Assembly (NCBI RefSeq): GCF_009914755.1
Contig: NC_060925.1
Strand: one strand, 5' to 3'
DNA: 64,000 nt
DNA from: the human T2T-CHM13v2.0 reference genome, Homo sapiens
Below, one piece after another: positions 26,444-41,344 of the stretch; position 1 is the stretch's first letter; each line of letters opens with the position of its first letter. A program made the position numbers and the translations under genes. Under the pieces are notes generated by a model. It ran no database searches and was not told the DNA's origin. It worked only from the letters and a program-made list of their open reading frames with translations.

Positions 26444-27844
26444 GACACGCAACAAGTCACCTGATCTGTACACTTTGATGTTATGTTTCTCATCCATTAA
26501 AAGGGAAAATAATAATTCCTATTTTATAGAGATCTCACAGTTAAACGTGATAATGAATGTGATGTGGTTAGCACAGTGACTGACACCCAGTAAATACTCT
26601 GTAAGTGGTCTCTTTCATATATCCCAAAGTATTTGGAATTTGTAACACCCAGAAATTTGTGAGTCCCTTCCTACAACTGTCTACCTTTCCCACAAGAGCA
26701 GAGTCCACAGTTCACGTTAGCCATCATAGAAGTCACCCCAGTACCTAGTACAGAACCTGGCATTGTGTGTTTGTTGAACGATTATGTGATCAAATGAATT
26801 GGTACTCACTGTCTCCAACCACTCACTTCTACAACACATAGACAGATTGAGCTATTTCACAAGAATTTCTTATCCGCAAATTAAAAGTTATCAAATTCAA
26901 TGTCATGAGCAATCATAGTAGTCTGGAGTTCATCTTCACCTCTTTTTAAATATAGTATATGTAGCAAATTCCCCAAAAATATTTTGCCAGATTTCCACTG
27001 CCTCAATTTTAAAACTCAGGCGCACTATAAGAAATATGTAATCCATATGTCTCTGATTCATTTTTACCCAGTTCATCAAAATGCTGTTTTTGTATTAAAT
27101 GTCAAAACGCCTTTTATGTCTTTATTTATGAGCCCTTTAAAGTTGTTATTTTTAAATGATGCTAGAACATGTTTTGCGAAATTTAAAATCTACAAAGGCA
27201 TTTGTAATTCAATTCCAAACATCAGCTTCTGGGACAGTTAATTTTGTTTACTCCTGGGAAAATTCCTCTTTTCAAATATGGACTTTTAAGGTTATTTTAA
27301 GTATTCCACATTCTCATATTCTTCATGTTAAATGTGCTAATGAATGGAATCAGCTGTATGTACACAGAGAGTTTGGAAAAGCAATATGTGCCCTGCTCTC
27401 TCTTTCAAAGGAACACCTTGCTGTCTCGGTCATCTGATTCTGCCTCAACTCTATAAACTGGTGTGGGGAAAATAAGCCTGCTATGTGTTACCTATTTTTA
27501 AGGCTGAAACAAATTGCAAATTTTTCTTCTCTATAATTCTAGATAGTGCAAGCTTCTCTACATAGATATATACATGCTCAGCTTATTCCTCACATGCAAA
27601 CTTCATCAAATCCTCTTCCTGTCTCTAGAGACTTCTTCCTGTTCTCTACTATTATTTAACTTTTCACTATGAGATTTAAAAATAAAGACGATAATGACCT
27701 AATGGAACCTTTCCATAACTCAAATTTCAGTGATAAACTGATTGTGCTTTGAGTTAAAATTTTAAAATATTTATAATAAAGCAGAATGTTAGCTAAAAAT
27801 AAAAAAATTTATAAAAGTCAAGGTTATATTGTTTAAAAATCCCT

Positions 27845-28075
27845 ATATTTGAAATCAGAGAACCTGAAAACCAGAGTAACATTTCTGATCGTAGATATAT
27901 ATATAATAATATATATATTATAGATATGTGTATATATATATAATCAGATAAACTCTGAACTCATTTATTAATCTAAAAAATGAGGATAATGATGCTTATA
28001 CTACCTGCATCACACACTTATGAATATCAAATGCATAATATAACTTTTATAAACTACAAAAAATATTAATGATAA
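27845..28075 (+). mobile_element. MIR SINE with internal (TA)n-rich tract
   Basis: ttgaaatcagagaacctg...ctctgaactcattt...tctaaaaaatgaggataatgatgc. Confidence 0.55.
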
Positions 28076-29438
28076 TACTTAATATCTGGTATTAGCTGTT
28101 ACATATTTTTATGTCAGTTTCAAAGAATGTAAACCTGTATAAATTCACTTCCTTATCTAATGTTTCCATTTCAGAGTAAAAGTACTTATATCCAGCCACT
28201 AAGGAAACTATGGGAAATTAGCTTGCCATAACTTTGAAACTCACAAACGGGAGGCCTCACGTGCTCATTGGCTCTGGTTTCATGCTCTTTCTCCTAGAGC
28301 CAAGGGTTTGCTAATTCCAAGTCACCTGCTAAGCAAGGGATACTAGTCTTTCCCTTCATAGAGAAAATGTCATCCATGTGGCACGGATAATTTTATATTC
28401 AATTTGTCAAAATGTTAATCATTTTAGGAACAGCACTTCCGGGGTTGAGCTGAGAAACATCATATTTCAAAGGCTTTGGTGAGGAGACCAATCATACAGC
28501 TAGAACACTCAGGCTTGGGCTGAAAAGCAACTCTGAAATTTGAACACCAACCAGTATAAATCCGTTGCTAGGTTAACAATGTTTTCTAGTAAACAAAGTT
28601 GCTTCTTCAATAACGCATTAAAACAGAATATTTTCTATTTATTCTTCTCTTACAGAATTCAAGGAAAAAACAAACAGCCTATCACCATAGCTAGGCCCCC
28701 TCTCTAGAAATCAGACAAGAAAAACTTGCATTGCATATCCGAATTAGTCTTGCATGGAGGAGAAATATCATGTTTCCATACCACTACAGACCTGACCCGG
28801 GTGTTAATTTGAATTTTAAGCAGAACCATGCTTTTGCTTGGGTCCGTCCCACCTGTCAGTGTATGGTAGGAGAACAAGATAATTACTTCCTCTTATTTCA
28901 AAATGCCAGACACCCAAGTAAGAGTCAATGGAAAATGAACAGAGCACCTGCATTAAATTTTATTCTAATAAGTCTAAGACTGAGTATCACTGGCATCTTG
29001 TTATGTTATTCAGGGAAATGGTGGCAGATGCCAGGCGAAGCCTACAAAAGGGTAGCACTACGATACAAGAGAACATCAGAAATGCACTGGGGAAGAACTT
29101 GCCTGCAGCAAGATGAAGTTGTATAATATATCATTCATTCACATGGCAGTGTTTCCTTCACAGAAAATACAAGGTTGAAATGCAAAGTTATTTAGTGAAG
29201 GAAAAGAGCAATGCTGTGCTCGCACTACAAAAAGTGTTTGTTTAGTCTGTCAAAATTCTAAAGATTGTGGACGTAAAGCCTTCTTTAAAAAGTCATGTCC
29301 AGAAGCTGGTATGGACTCCAGTCAGGGAAAATAATGATTTAAATCATTCAAATAGAGTTGATCAAGATAATCAACATGAGTCAAAATTACAAAGAAGACC
29401 TAGAAAATAGAGAACTCTAGTTGTGTGTGAATGTATGG

Positions 29439-29440
<2 letters not shown>

Positions 29441-29477
<37 letters not shown>
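29441..29477. repeat. (GT)18 microsatellite
   Basis: Pure run followed by cgcat. Confidence 0.95.
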
Positions 29478-29480
<3 letters not shown>

Positions 29481-29954
29481 ATATTTTTCTGTAGGGACAA
29501 TTGTGTGCCTGCATTTGCTGGCCATGGCACAGCCTTTCACATTCATTATAAGAATTAGATGAGAATATTTAATGACGTCTTTTTATCTTTCAAGTTCACC
29601 ATAAAAGAAACAAGCCAGAATAGATTGTTACTGATGTACAAAGAAAGAGACTTATATCATCTTGTGGTGGTTTGTAGGATTTGGAAAATACATTCCCGAG
29701 ACAAATGAAATCTAAGGACAGTCCCCAAACACTTACTTCAACACAATGCTTTCACTTATTACACTGCTGCCTTTTCTAGCTACAGAATGTCAATATGATC
29801 CAGCAGATAACTGAACATCTGCCCCAGGATCTGTCCTGGAACATGAAGGAAGAAGTTGAGGGAAGGAGCTGCATGAAAAGGTCACTATTACAGGCATCTC
29901 ATTCGCTACATATGTTTAACGCATCTTAGTGTCTAAAATTATTAGTGTTGTAGA

Positions 29955-30170
29955 GGCAGCATTATGCTGTGAGCAAGGCACACGACTCAGAGTTGGGCAG
30001 CAGAACTAAGTTTAAATCCCAGACCCAACACTACCTGCTTATGTGACCTCAAGCAGTTTTACCCAACTTAAAGATTTCCCTAAGTTCTGCTGTCTCATTT
30101 GGAAACTAAACTTAATGATGCAAATGGTATCCTGAATGGTCCAATTACTACATGACTTTGAATCCAGATA
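29955..30170 (+). mobile_element. MIR (MIR3-like) SINE
   Basis: aggcagcatt...tttaaatcccagacc...tgtgacctcaagcag core. Confidence 0.6.
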
Positions 30171-30284
30171 TTCAAAGAGTATATCATCTAAAAAATAAAG
30201 TTGGCAAGATTTTTTTCCCATTTGATGGTAAGAAAGACATCACGTAGATACCAGACACATCTTTCATCAGGAGGTGGAGAGTAG

Positions 30285-31015
30285 TAGAAGCGTGGAGGAG
30301 TAAGACAGTGTGTTCTCTGCCTCTTAGTCGCATGGTGACTTTTTTCAAGTACTTAACTGAACTTACTCTGCGCTCCCTCTGTGTTCCATCGGTAAGACGA
30401 GGATAACATTACCTACTTCTCAAGGTTTGAAATGTAAGAGATATACTGCCAAGACTCTGTCTAAAACTTCCCAAGGGCTCCCCATCTCCCAAAGAGTAAA
30501 GGACACGTTCCTGACAATGGACTGCGAACTCCTACGAACTTGACCTCTTATTAACTCTGAAGCCCCCAACCCTCCTACGGCACTCTGGTGACAGCCTCTG
30601 CACTTCTTCACTTTGCACTCTTCCCCAGACACCTAGGTGGCTGCTCACTCACTTCCTTCAAGTCTCTGCTCCAGGATCACCTGCTCAGTGGGGCTTTTAC
30701 ACTCATCTTATTTTGAATTGCAACTCTACTCTCCTGCTTTCTCTCCATGGCACTTACCACCTTCTAATACAATGAATTTTTTAAAATATATTGCATTTAT
30801 TGTCTTAACTCCTTCCACTGGAATAAAAACTTCAGGAGGGCAGCAATTTGTATTAATTTTATTCCCTGCTGCATCTCTAAGGCAGAACCTGGTACTTGGG
30901 ATCACTCAAGAAATATTTATGAGATGAACACATTTATTGTGCATTATCAAATGGCATGCTATCTATAATGGACAGTGCCTGGCACATGGTAAAACCTTAA
31001 TAATGACAGCTACTA
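30285..31015 (+). mobile_element. MIR pieces flanking a LINE-2 3' fragment (L2 about 30465-30930)
   Basis: MIR core ggtgact...aagtacttaac...ctctgcgctc; L2 ctcactcacttccttcaagtctctgctc and ctcaagaaatatttatgagatgaa; tail cagtgcctggcacatggtaa. Confidence 0.65.
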
Positions 31016-34000
31016 GTTCTGGAGGGTGAAGGTTGTAATCTTTGAAACTGTGAGTGGGTGTGCACTGCTTTGGGCCAGTCAACAGTGGGATAACACCGCG
31101 GTTACCACCAGGAACTAACTGGAAGGCCATGATCTATTGCTGGTTCTCTCTATGTCTCACCATGGACCTTGGGCACACCAGTCTCTGCCTCTGTAAACAG
31201 ATACAATAATATCTACCCTCCAGGGCAAAGAGAAGCTAAGGAAGGCTCTGACTGTCACTTGATTTGCCATCACAGATGAAGCGTACACAGCATTTTTTAA
31301 AACATTAGATAAAATTAAAAATAATAGGAAAAACTGTAGCTTCTCTCACCTGATAATTTTTCTGGCTACTAAAGGCAACTTTCAGCCAGCACTCCCAGGC
31401 CCTGCCTAAGAGGGTTTCAGACACAACCTTTTTAGTTCGAGTTGCAGTTAAGCAGTAATGAGGGAAAACCAAGACTGAGACTTTCCTGGGGAAATCTAAG
31501 GATCATATTTGTCCATGGGGGCAAGTCATTCTTTTCATCAGGGTAGAAAAATACAAAGAAGGATATAGTGCTGGTTGCCTGTTCATTAACTAGGTAGAAT
31601 TACTGCAGCAAGAAGGTTAATAATTACACAAGTAATTAACACTTCCTTCATTTTCATACTCTAATCCTATAGTTGCAGGATTTCAACTTTGGTCCCCGAG
31701 TCCGAAGGAAGATGAGAGCAGAATGGCAATGAATTGGATTGGCTTTGGAAAAGGAGCTGGGAAACAAGAAGATAGCCCTGGGTTTCTAACCACTTTCTAA
31801 TGAACCACAACTGCAACACATGAACAATACCAGCAAGCACTTTAGTGTTTCCTGTGGGTTTTCTGTTGTTGTTAACAATTGCAAGTTTTTGTGGCAGCAA
31901 GAGCCATACTGTTGTGCGCCATACGGGTATTTGACACCCCAGTCTTCCCTAAGCCTCCACTCCTACCCTTTCACGCCTGCACACTGTATATTTGTTGTCA
32001 CTGTTTATTAAAGATAACTATGCCCTAAGTCTTTATTTACTTCTGTTTATTGCTATTTTAACAAGAGTCACCAGAGAGCAGCTATGCTTCTGGTCCACTC
32101 GGGTTCTTTAATCACTGTTAGTAGGTAAAATCATCTGTGACAACTAATCCAAAAAGCAGATTATATTTATTTTGGCTACAGTGGCTTGCAATTCGTTAAA
32201 ATCAACAAAGCCTTTTCATTAGCCCCCTGCTTATGTCCTAAAAACAGACATTTCAAGGGTCTCAAAGCGCTGAGCTACACATATGCAGCCAAGCTAATTC
32301 TGACAGATTCTCAGTGCCATTCTTAACACTAAATCTTATTAAACTAACAAACAAGAAACAGAACCCCTCTGCTTTCATACAAAGGCTTAATTAACATGCC
32401 TAAACTCCAAAATCAAAATCATAGCTGCAAAGCTCCCTGAATATGGAAACAAAACAAACACAGAGACTGTGTCATTCGTTAAGCAAGATTTACCAAAAAT
32501 CGGGACTTTTCTGCATTTTTTTTTTCAAAAAAATAATGTGGGAAAGGATTAGAAATGAGAACCATGGTGCCTGTTACTCCATAGTTCTGCATGGGCATTC
32601 TAGCCTTCAAAAGCTGGGATTGTGATTAACTGGACTGTTGGTGGAGTCGGCAGATCCGAGCAGAGGATCAAGATCTTATTCCAGAGGTTGCCAGAGATTA
32701 GAAACAGTGGCAGCAGGTTTTAAGGACAGCATCATTCCATCAACATTCCATGCATCCGCTTTCTCCAACCCTCACTCCTACAACCACACTGCTGCATTTT
32801 TCAGGCATATTTCTTTTACTTGCCTGACCACCTGGCTGTCCAGTGTCACAATGAAGGGCCTCTTTAACACTGAATTGGATTTTCGGGTTCAGTGTCAGAA
32901 ATGGGAGCGTTCCAGGAAAGATGCTCACGGCAGTGACTCAGCCATTACTGCACCACCAGGCAGTGGCCATAATTAATGAATGTATCAAAAGGTCTACTCA
33001 AGGAGCAAAGAAGGTAGACAATGATTTATGTTTACCTACGAAGAAGATTATTTAGCTTTGCAAGAGCTTTCAAAATGAGGGAGCCCAGAATTATTTAGAG
33101 ATGGTGTGATACCTTTCCAAACCTGAAGAGAAATTCGAGGAGTGAGCAAGTGGATCCAGAAATGAAGGGCAGGGGGAGCAGACAGAGGAAGAGGTTTTCT
33201 CTCCCACATTTCCCCCTCCACAGCTCTGATTGGAAAGCTGCTATGATTTGTATATTTCCATGACTGCTACTGCAATGGAATTACTTGTTTGTCCCTCCAG
33301 CATAATCCTGAACATTGTCAAGGATGATTACCAGATGATACTTCACGCAAGTCTCTATCCTAACATGCAGATTTCCACTGGTTGAAAGGGGAGGCCAAAA
33401 GCAGCCCTCGAGAGCAATGGCTCACTTGGTTCTTAAATGCACATGTGACAAGCACATCAGGCTGCCTCCGAGACCAAAGGGTCCAATTCGCCTCCACAAG
33501 GGCCAGTGTCCAGCAGCCCCTTCAGCCAGGGCTTTGGCTTCTTCTGGTTCATTCCATAAGCAAAAGAGCTGTCTGTTAGAGCAGATAATAAAATCCAGCC
33601 TAGAAGGAAAATCCACATGCAAAGCCTCTCTCAAATCAGAGTTTTGTCCACAGGGAAAAGTGAGCCACATCTGATATAAAAGTTATCATTTTGCCTCTCC
33701 ATAATTAAAACTATTGTTGCCATGGCAATCCAAAGAGTGTTGCAAATACAGGAAAGGCTCATGTCATGGCTTTTTGTTGTTATTGATAGAGTTTGCAGCT
33801 CCAGCCACGGTGTATTTATGACAGGGTGGAAATGTGACTTGGGCAAACAGGAAGCCGTAGCGGGTGAGGTGAGAAACTCTAAAACTTCATTATGTACCCA
33901 AGATACTCTTTTCAATTGTTCCTCAGCCCCTAGCCTGACTTACTCCATAGATAATAAAAGTATATGGTCTTTCTGATGCATATTTACATCTAGTAGCTCT

Positions 34001-34213
34001 CCCCAGCATACCCCAAAGCTTCCTGGTTTTCTTCTGTATCATCTGCTACTATTTACCCAAGAAGATTTCCAGGTCCTTGAAACAGGTCCCTTTTCTGAGC
34101 CACCTTATCAAGCAATAGGAACCACAGGCAGTTCTCCCGCAGGGAGACAAAGGTTTGGGGACTTAAACAGGATGGCTCAACAGGCTGCATGACTGTTGTT
34201 ATAAAAACATGTT

Positions 34214-34708
<495 letters not shown>

Positions 34709-34725
34709 TCAAAGTGGGTCTGCTC

Positions 34726-35314
<589 letters not shown>

Positions 35315-35911
35315 CTAAGGGACACACCACACTCTCATAACTGAGTAAAAAATTAAATCCAGAGCCAAAGAAACTGAGGAGACAGAGGACTTGTTCCCTG
35401 GCCTGTTCTGTGGGAACAGGTACTTCAGCTCAACCACTTTCCATCCCAGGAAAACTGATAACACCTATGAAAAAAAAAAAAAAAAATCACTCCTGTTTCG
35501 TTCCTGTGACTCTTACACATGAAATGTGAATCCATGGAGTCCAAAGACCAAATGGTTTGGCAATATTTATTTGGCAGAGGAGCGAAGGGGAAAAAGTTAC
35601 ATTTAATTTTAAAATTTTATTTTTCAATGAAAAATAATAGGAGAGAAACTAGCCATTTAAAACTCTGGAAAATCAACTAGCTACTTTTTTTGTGGTCTGA
35701 GAGGGACATTGCACTTGCAGCCATAGAGATACAAAAAAAAGTATAATGTTTCACTTAATGCTGAGGACAGTAGCTCAAGATGTTGAAAGAAGCATATAAT
35801 ATTTCCCCTGGGGGATCTGAAGGTAGCAGTGTAGGTGACAAAAAAGCCTGGAGGATTGAGGTAGAGAAGGAAGCTTTCATCCGGTCAAATGAGTAGCCAG
35901 AGCGCCGGGTG

Positions 35912-35953
35912 GAATGCTGAATGCTGAATGCTGAATGCTGAATGCAGCATGCT
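35912..35953. repeat. (GAATGCT)n heptamer tandem repeat
   Basis: 4 perfect units plus GAATGCA and GCATGCT. Confidence 0.95.
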
Positions 35954-37749
35954 GTCACTAAGCGAGCTCTCCCTGCACGAAGAATAGCCCAACAGAGCTC
36001 CAATTACTATATTTCATGGACACTCTGTCTCACTGGAATACAGCTTGTTGGGGGATTAGTGTCTAGAGAGAAATTCTCAAATAAACTTTTATTAAAAGAC
36101 TAGATGCTTAGAAATGGCAACTGCTTCTTTTTAATTCTGAAAGCAATCCGAACCATAACTCAAGAGTTCTGCCGTCTGATAACTGAGTAAAATCCAATGC
36201 TGTTCCTGAAATTTTATAGACACTCCTCTCTTTCTAAGTACATGAATAGTGTATATACACTCTTCAAAGGCTCGATTTTTCTCTTTTGTAGCAAAATGGC
36301 AAGAGCCTATGGGAATGCGGTGCCTGGGGCAATGTTCCTTTTTGCTTAGAAGGGACCTGCCTGCTAATCACCTGCAAGTAATAATAGACTACAAGGGAGG
36401 GAGCCTGAAGACGGCCCCTCACCACCCTGAAGGGCAAGGGTTAAGTAGAAACAAAGGGAGGGAGGCGTTCTTGGCCTGAGGGAGCTCTGCAAAGTGACCA
36501 GTGAGAATATCCCCAAGGATGGATCCAAGGGGCTGAGGAGCAGCAGTTAAAGATCAGAGGCAACTTGAAATGGGCCAACGTGCTGAGCTTCTGAACTAGA
36601 AAGAAAAAGGATAATACTTCCAAAAGGCTAACACAATCTTAGGGCCAGCCATATCTTGGAAAGTGACTTGCTCTGCCTTTAGGCTGAGAGGTTGAGCTTG
36701 ATGGCTAAGGCACGCCATAGGCCCCTCTCTGCAGGCTGAGAAATTTCCTTCAGGAATATGGCATTCTTTTACTCCAAGGCAGGACTGGTGCCATACTGGA
36801 TGCTGGCACCGCGGGACGGGGCTCCCAGATCATGAAGGAGAGCACTAGCTTTGCATGGGATATGACGAAATCTGGCTATTCTTACTGGTGTACTTTAACC
36901 CAAGAGAACTTAGAGCAGACAATTCAAAGGGCATTAAAGGCTTAGAAAACTGTAGCTAAGAAGTTGTTAAGGGAAAAGAGTTTAATCCAGTTCCAATCTT
37001 TAACTTCGAAAGAATTCAGGCACATGAGGGATTTTCATGGGGTGAGTTTTAGTAATTCTTTTCCAGTTACTGAAAAGACAAAGAGAAGAAAAGGGCTCAA
37101 AATAGTCTAGTTAAAAAGAAGAAAGTCTTGACCATGAGGGATTGGAACCTAATGGTGACCGTGGAATCTCTTCCTTCATATTGTTGTTAATTATAGAATA
37201 GATATGCATCAATCTTGTGCTGAGGGCTCTCCCTGCATGAAATTTGTAGAATGGCTTTGAATTGATTGACTCTTCCTTCACCATTGAATTTTTCCCCTGT
37301 AAAATATCTGTGGGCAAACTCCCTTTTAGCCTCCACTTTTTCTCACCTCTTTTCCCCAGTGTCTCCTCTCAGAGGATGTCTCAGTTTTTTCTGCCCCTTC
37401 TAGCCATCCCACTCCTCCATTTCAATAACAAGGGAAGGTTAAAAAGAGGAGCATCTCTCAACCCCACTTCTCAATATTTACTATCATTAAGAAACTCACA
37501 GCATCCATCTTCATTGCCTTCTTCACGTCAAGACTGCCATGACCCATTGGGAACATCTCCTCTTCTTCCTGTCACAGCCTCCATGTTCGTGGACATTTTT
37601 TATGAGTTTCCTAAGCACATTGATGATTCTTCCATCTATCCTTTCCTTCCCTGATTAAATCCTCCAGCTGCATGCCACTGACCATCACCCAGGTTACTAG
37701 ATTACATGGAGGATTATGTATTTTAGGATTTAAAACAATGGTCTCCTAT

Positions 37750-38179
37750 GGAAACAATCCAAATATTAATCAACAAACAAATGGAAAAACAAAATGTGGT
37801 CGCTACATACAGTGAATATTATTAAGCCTTGGAAAAGATTAGGATTCTGATACATGCTACAGCCAGGATGAACCTTGAAGACACTACTCTGAGTGAAATA
37901 AGCCAGATACAAAAGGACAAACATTGTATGATTTTACGTATTTGAGGCACCCAGAGTAGTCAAATTCATAGAGACAGAAAGAATGGGGGATGCTAGGGAT
38001 AGGAGGAGAGCGGAAATGGGAATTATTGTTGAATAGGTACAGAGTTTCAATTTGAGATGATGAAAAATATCTAGAGATGGATGATGAACAAGAATGGGAA
38101 TGCACTTAATGCCACTGAACTGTATGTACACTTAGAAATGGCTAAAGTAGTTAATTTTCTCACCACAGTTAAAAAAAAA
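37750..38179 (+). mobile_element. LINE-1 3' end (L1MB-like)
   Basis: ggatgaaccttgaagacact...gtgaaataagccagatacaaaaggacaaa, gtagtcaaattcatagagacagaaag, cttaatgccactgaactgt, A tail. Confidence 0.88.
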
Positions 38180-38299
38180 TACTGGAAAAAAAACCACACT
38201 GGTCTCCCAAGTTTGAATGTGAATGTTCAAGTCACACCTGATTGTTTCAGAAGACACTTGTCAGGCTCTGTTAACAATTGGTGGTAAAAGTTGGTCACT

Positions 38300-38840
38300 C
38301 AAATTTCTTCCTTCCTTGCTTCCTTCCTTCCTTCCTTCCTTCCCTCTTTCCCTTAAGAAATATTTATTGTGCAACTACTCTGTGACAAGTACAATACTAA
38401 AAGATGTGACTCAATAGAATTCACAACCCAGAAGAGAAAAGGGGCCATCAAAAAGGCAATACATCTCCCATCAAATTTTAAACATAGGAAATGAATGCTT
38501 GGAAACATATAATGAAGACTTCACCCAGTGCGTGTGTGGAGGGGAGCTGGGAGAGGGAGTGCTTGAAGAAATGTTTTTAAGCTGAGACCTGGAATTTGAA
38601 TAAGAGTTGGGCAAAAAAACAAGGAGTATGTAGAAGAACATTCCAGACAGAGAGAATGGCATTTGAAATGAAAAAGAATGCAAGGCTTAGTGCATCACAG
38701 GTGGTTTGGCTTTGCAGGAGTTTAGGAAAGCAGAGAAGTACGTGATGAGGCCTGAAAGGTGGGCAGAGTGCAGACCACAGGGGGCCTAGGAGATGGCATT
38801 AAGACTTTTAGACTTTTTGTCCTAAATGCCAAATGAGAAT
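38300..38840 (-). mobile_element. LINE-2 3' region
   Basis: (CCTT)n then aaatatttattgtgcaactactctgtg, taagctgagacctgga and cattccagacagagagaatggcat. Confidence 0.65.
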
Positions 38841-39639
38841 ATTGGACCAGACCCCCCAGGTCTCTTCCTCCTTTATGATGCTATTCAACTATAAAATGCT
38901 ACATCTGTGATCCCTTTCCAAGCACAACTGCCATGCCAGTCCTGCCATCAACCTCCCCATGTTCTCATAGAAACCGTACCTGATTTCCAGCCCTCAGGAA
39001 ACCCCCTAACACCCATACTGTATCACTCTTACCTTATCTAAGTTATTAGTCACCACCTGATTTCATTGGACATCCTTCCTCTCTGAGTCCAGGAGAGACC
39101 CCTCACCACTGTCCTCACCTCATGGACATTCTGCCAAGTTTAATATGTCATCTTCCTTTCTGACTCACATCCCCTTTGAAGAACCTTTCTCTGACTCACT
39201 TCTCCCTTTTCTCACACATCCTTATTTTTCTCTTGCATCTTTAATCTCCCTTCTAACCTCCTTCCTTCTGCTTCAGATATTCTGGGTCTCTTCTATATCC
39301 ATATTGCTTTTTGGTTCTCAAGTGCAAAGGAAGATGTGAACATGGCTCATTACCAATTCATTCTATTTAACTTCAACTTTGCCCTCCCCCATGAATACCA
39401 GGTGATCCATTTATTCATCCCCTGAGCATTCCCCAGCTCACTTCCTTCTGAGGTTTATTTAGAATTACTCTCTCCTCAAGCTTCAACCCCCCATTTTCAG
39501 ACTGACTTTACATTCTATTTATTCTGTGGGCGTCCTCTCTGCCCTTGCCTCTGCTGCCCATGGGTCTGTTTCTAGAGATAAGTTTAGTCTTCTAGTCTTT
39601 GTCAGGGTGGATGAGACTTCACTGTGTTAAAGACCTGGA

Positions 39640-40100
39640 AACTGCAAAGACGTATAAGACATAGTTCTTGTCCTTCCAGAAATTTCAATCTAGTTAAGAA
39701 CCTGTAGAAATACAGTACTATAATACATTGTTGTTTCAGCATGAGTCTTAAATAGTACTGACAGACACTTCAACATCCAGATTTCTTCTAGCTCAAGGAG
39801 TCAGGAAAGGCTGCAGGAAGGAGGTGACATTTAAGCTGAGCCTTGAAAGATAAATGGGACTCCAGTTAGCTTGTCAAAGAGTAATGGAGAAGGCCCCAAA
39901 AAGAAGGAACTGCAAATGGGAAGCATTGCCTGTAGAACACACAAGGTTCCACAATGATTACGATTTTTAAAGTGAAGAAGAGCAACTAGAAGTGGGTGAT
40001 GGGATAATGCTGTGGAGAGCTTAACTGCCCAATGAGGACAGATCTCACCAGAGATAATGGGAACTCATGTGATTTTTGTAAGGAAAGCTGGCATGTTAAG
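39640..40100 (-). mobile_element. LINE-2 fragment
   Basis: aagacatagttcttgtcctt, tcaggaaaggctgcaggaaggaggtgacatttaagctgagccttgaaaga. Confidence 0.6.
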
Positions 40101-40979
40101 CGATATTATTCTAGTGTGGCTGATGTGGGACTTGGAAGTTGAGAGGCTAATGGCCAAGTTCAGTGAAGGGGCACCTGTCACTGTCTGGTCCCAAAGCATC
40201 TAGGAGAAGGTACATGGATATTAAAGATGACATGCACGTTTCTCCTAATTCTCATATGAGGATCCTTGTCCCTTGTCCATCCCTAATCATTTTGGGGGAA
40301 GGTATTCCTTACCCTTATTGACTTATTATTTCATTTTTTCTAACCTCACCTTCAGAACTTTCTTTGTCTTCAGCTTAAAATACCTTTCTCTGGCCTACCC
40401 TTTGTGTAAAATAAGAGAAATTCAGGAAAATAATTCTCCCTTCCTATGAAAAATGTTTTCCCTTGACCCACACTGAGAAACTGCTCCTTCCTTATTCTGG
40501 AAAATGGACTCTGTCTTCCCAAAGTTTTCCAGCTCCCTGACTTGCTCTTTCCTTCCCCTGGAAATCTTCCCACCCCTGCTGCCTCAGCCTTAGAGGTTCA
40601 GCTGGGATGTTGCTCTCAGGAGGACCAGCTGCACCCCGCCTCCCAACTGGCCCAATTGGCCCAGGTGCCCTCCTCAGGGTTCTCCTGGGACTCTGAACAC
40701 CCTTGGTTACTGCACTGATCACACAAAGCAGAAATCCCTGTGCTCTGCAGTCATCTCTCCAACTTGTCTATGAGCTGTGGGAAGCAGGGATCATGTTGAA
40801 AAGACATACAAAATATTTAGAATAAAAAGATTATTTTTCTTTCTTTCAGAGGAGAAGCCAATCTAATCAAGACAGAAAAATGAGAAACCACAAAAAAAAA
40901 AAAAAACACAAAATAAATACATTTGACTTCTTTTCTATCATGAAAGATAATTCAAACCAAAATTAAAAGGTGAAAATAA

Positions 40980-41325
<346 letters not shown>

Positions 41326-41344
41326 TTAATATTGTTAGTACACA

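Noticed and set aside
38772-38788. CTCF-like CCACAGGGGGC
   Set aside because: One base short of the core spacing and inside an L2 relic
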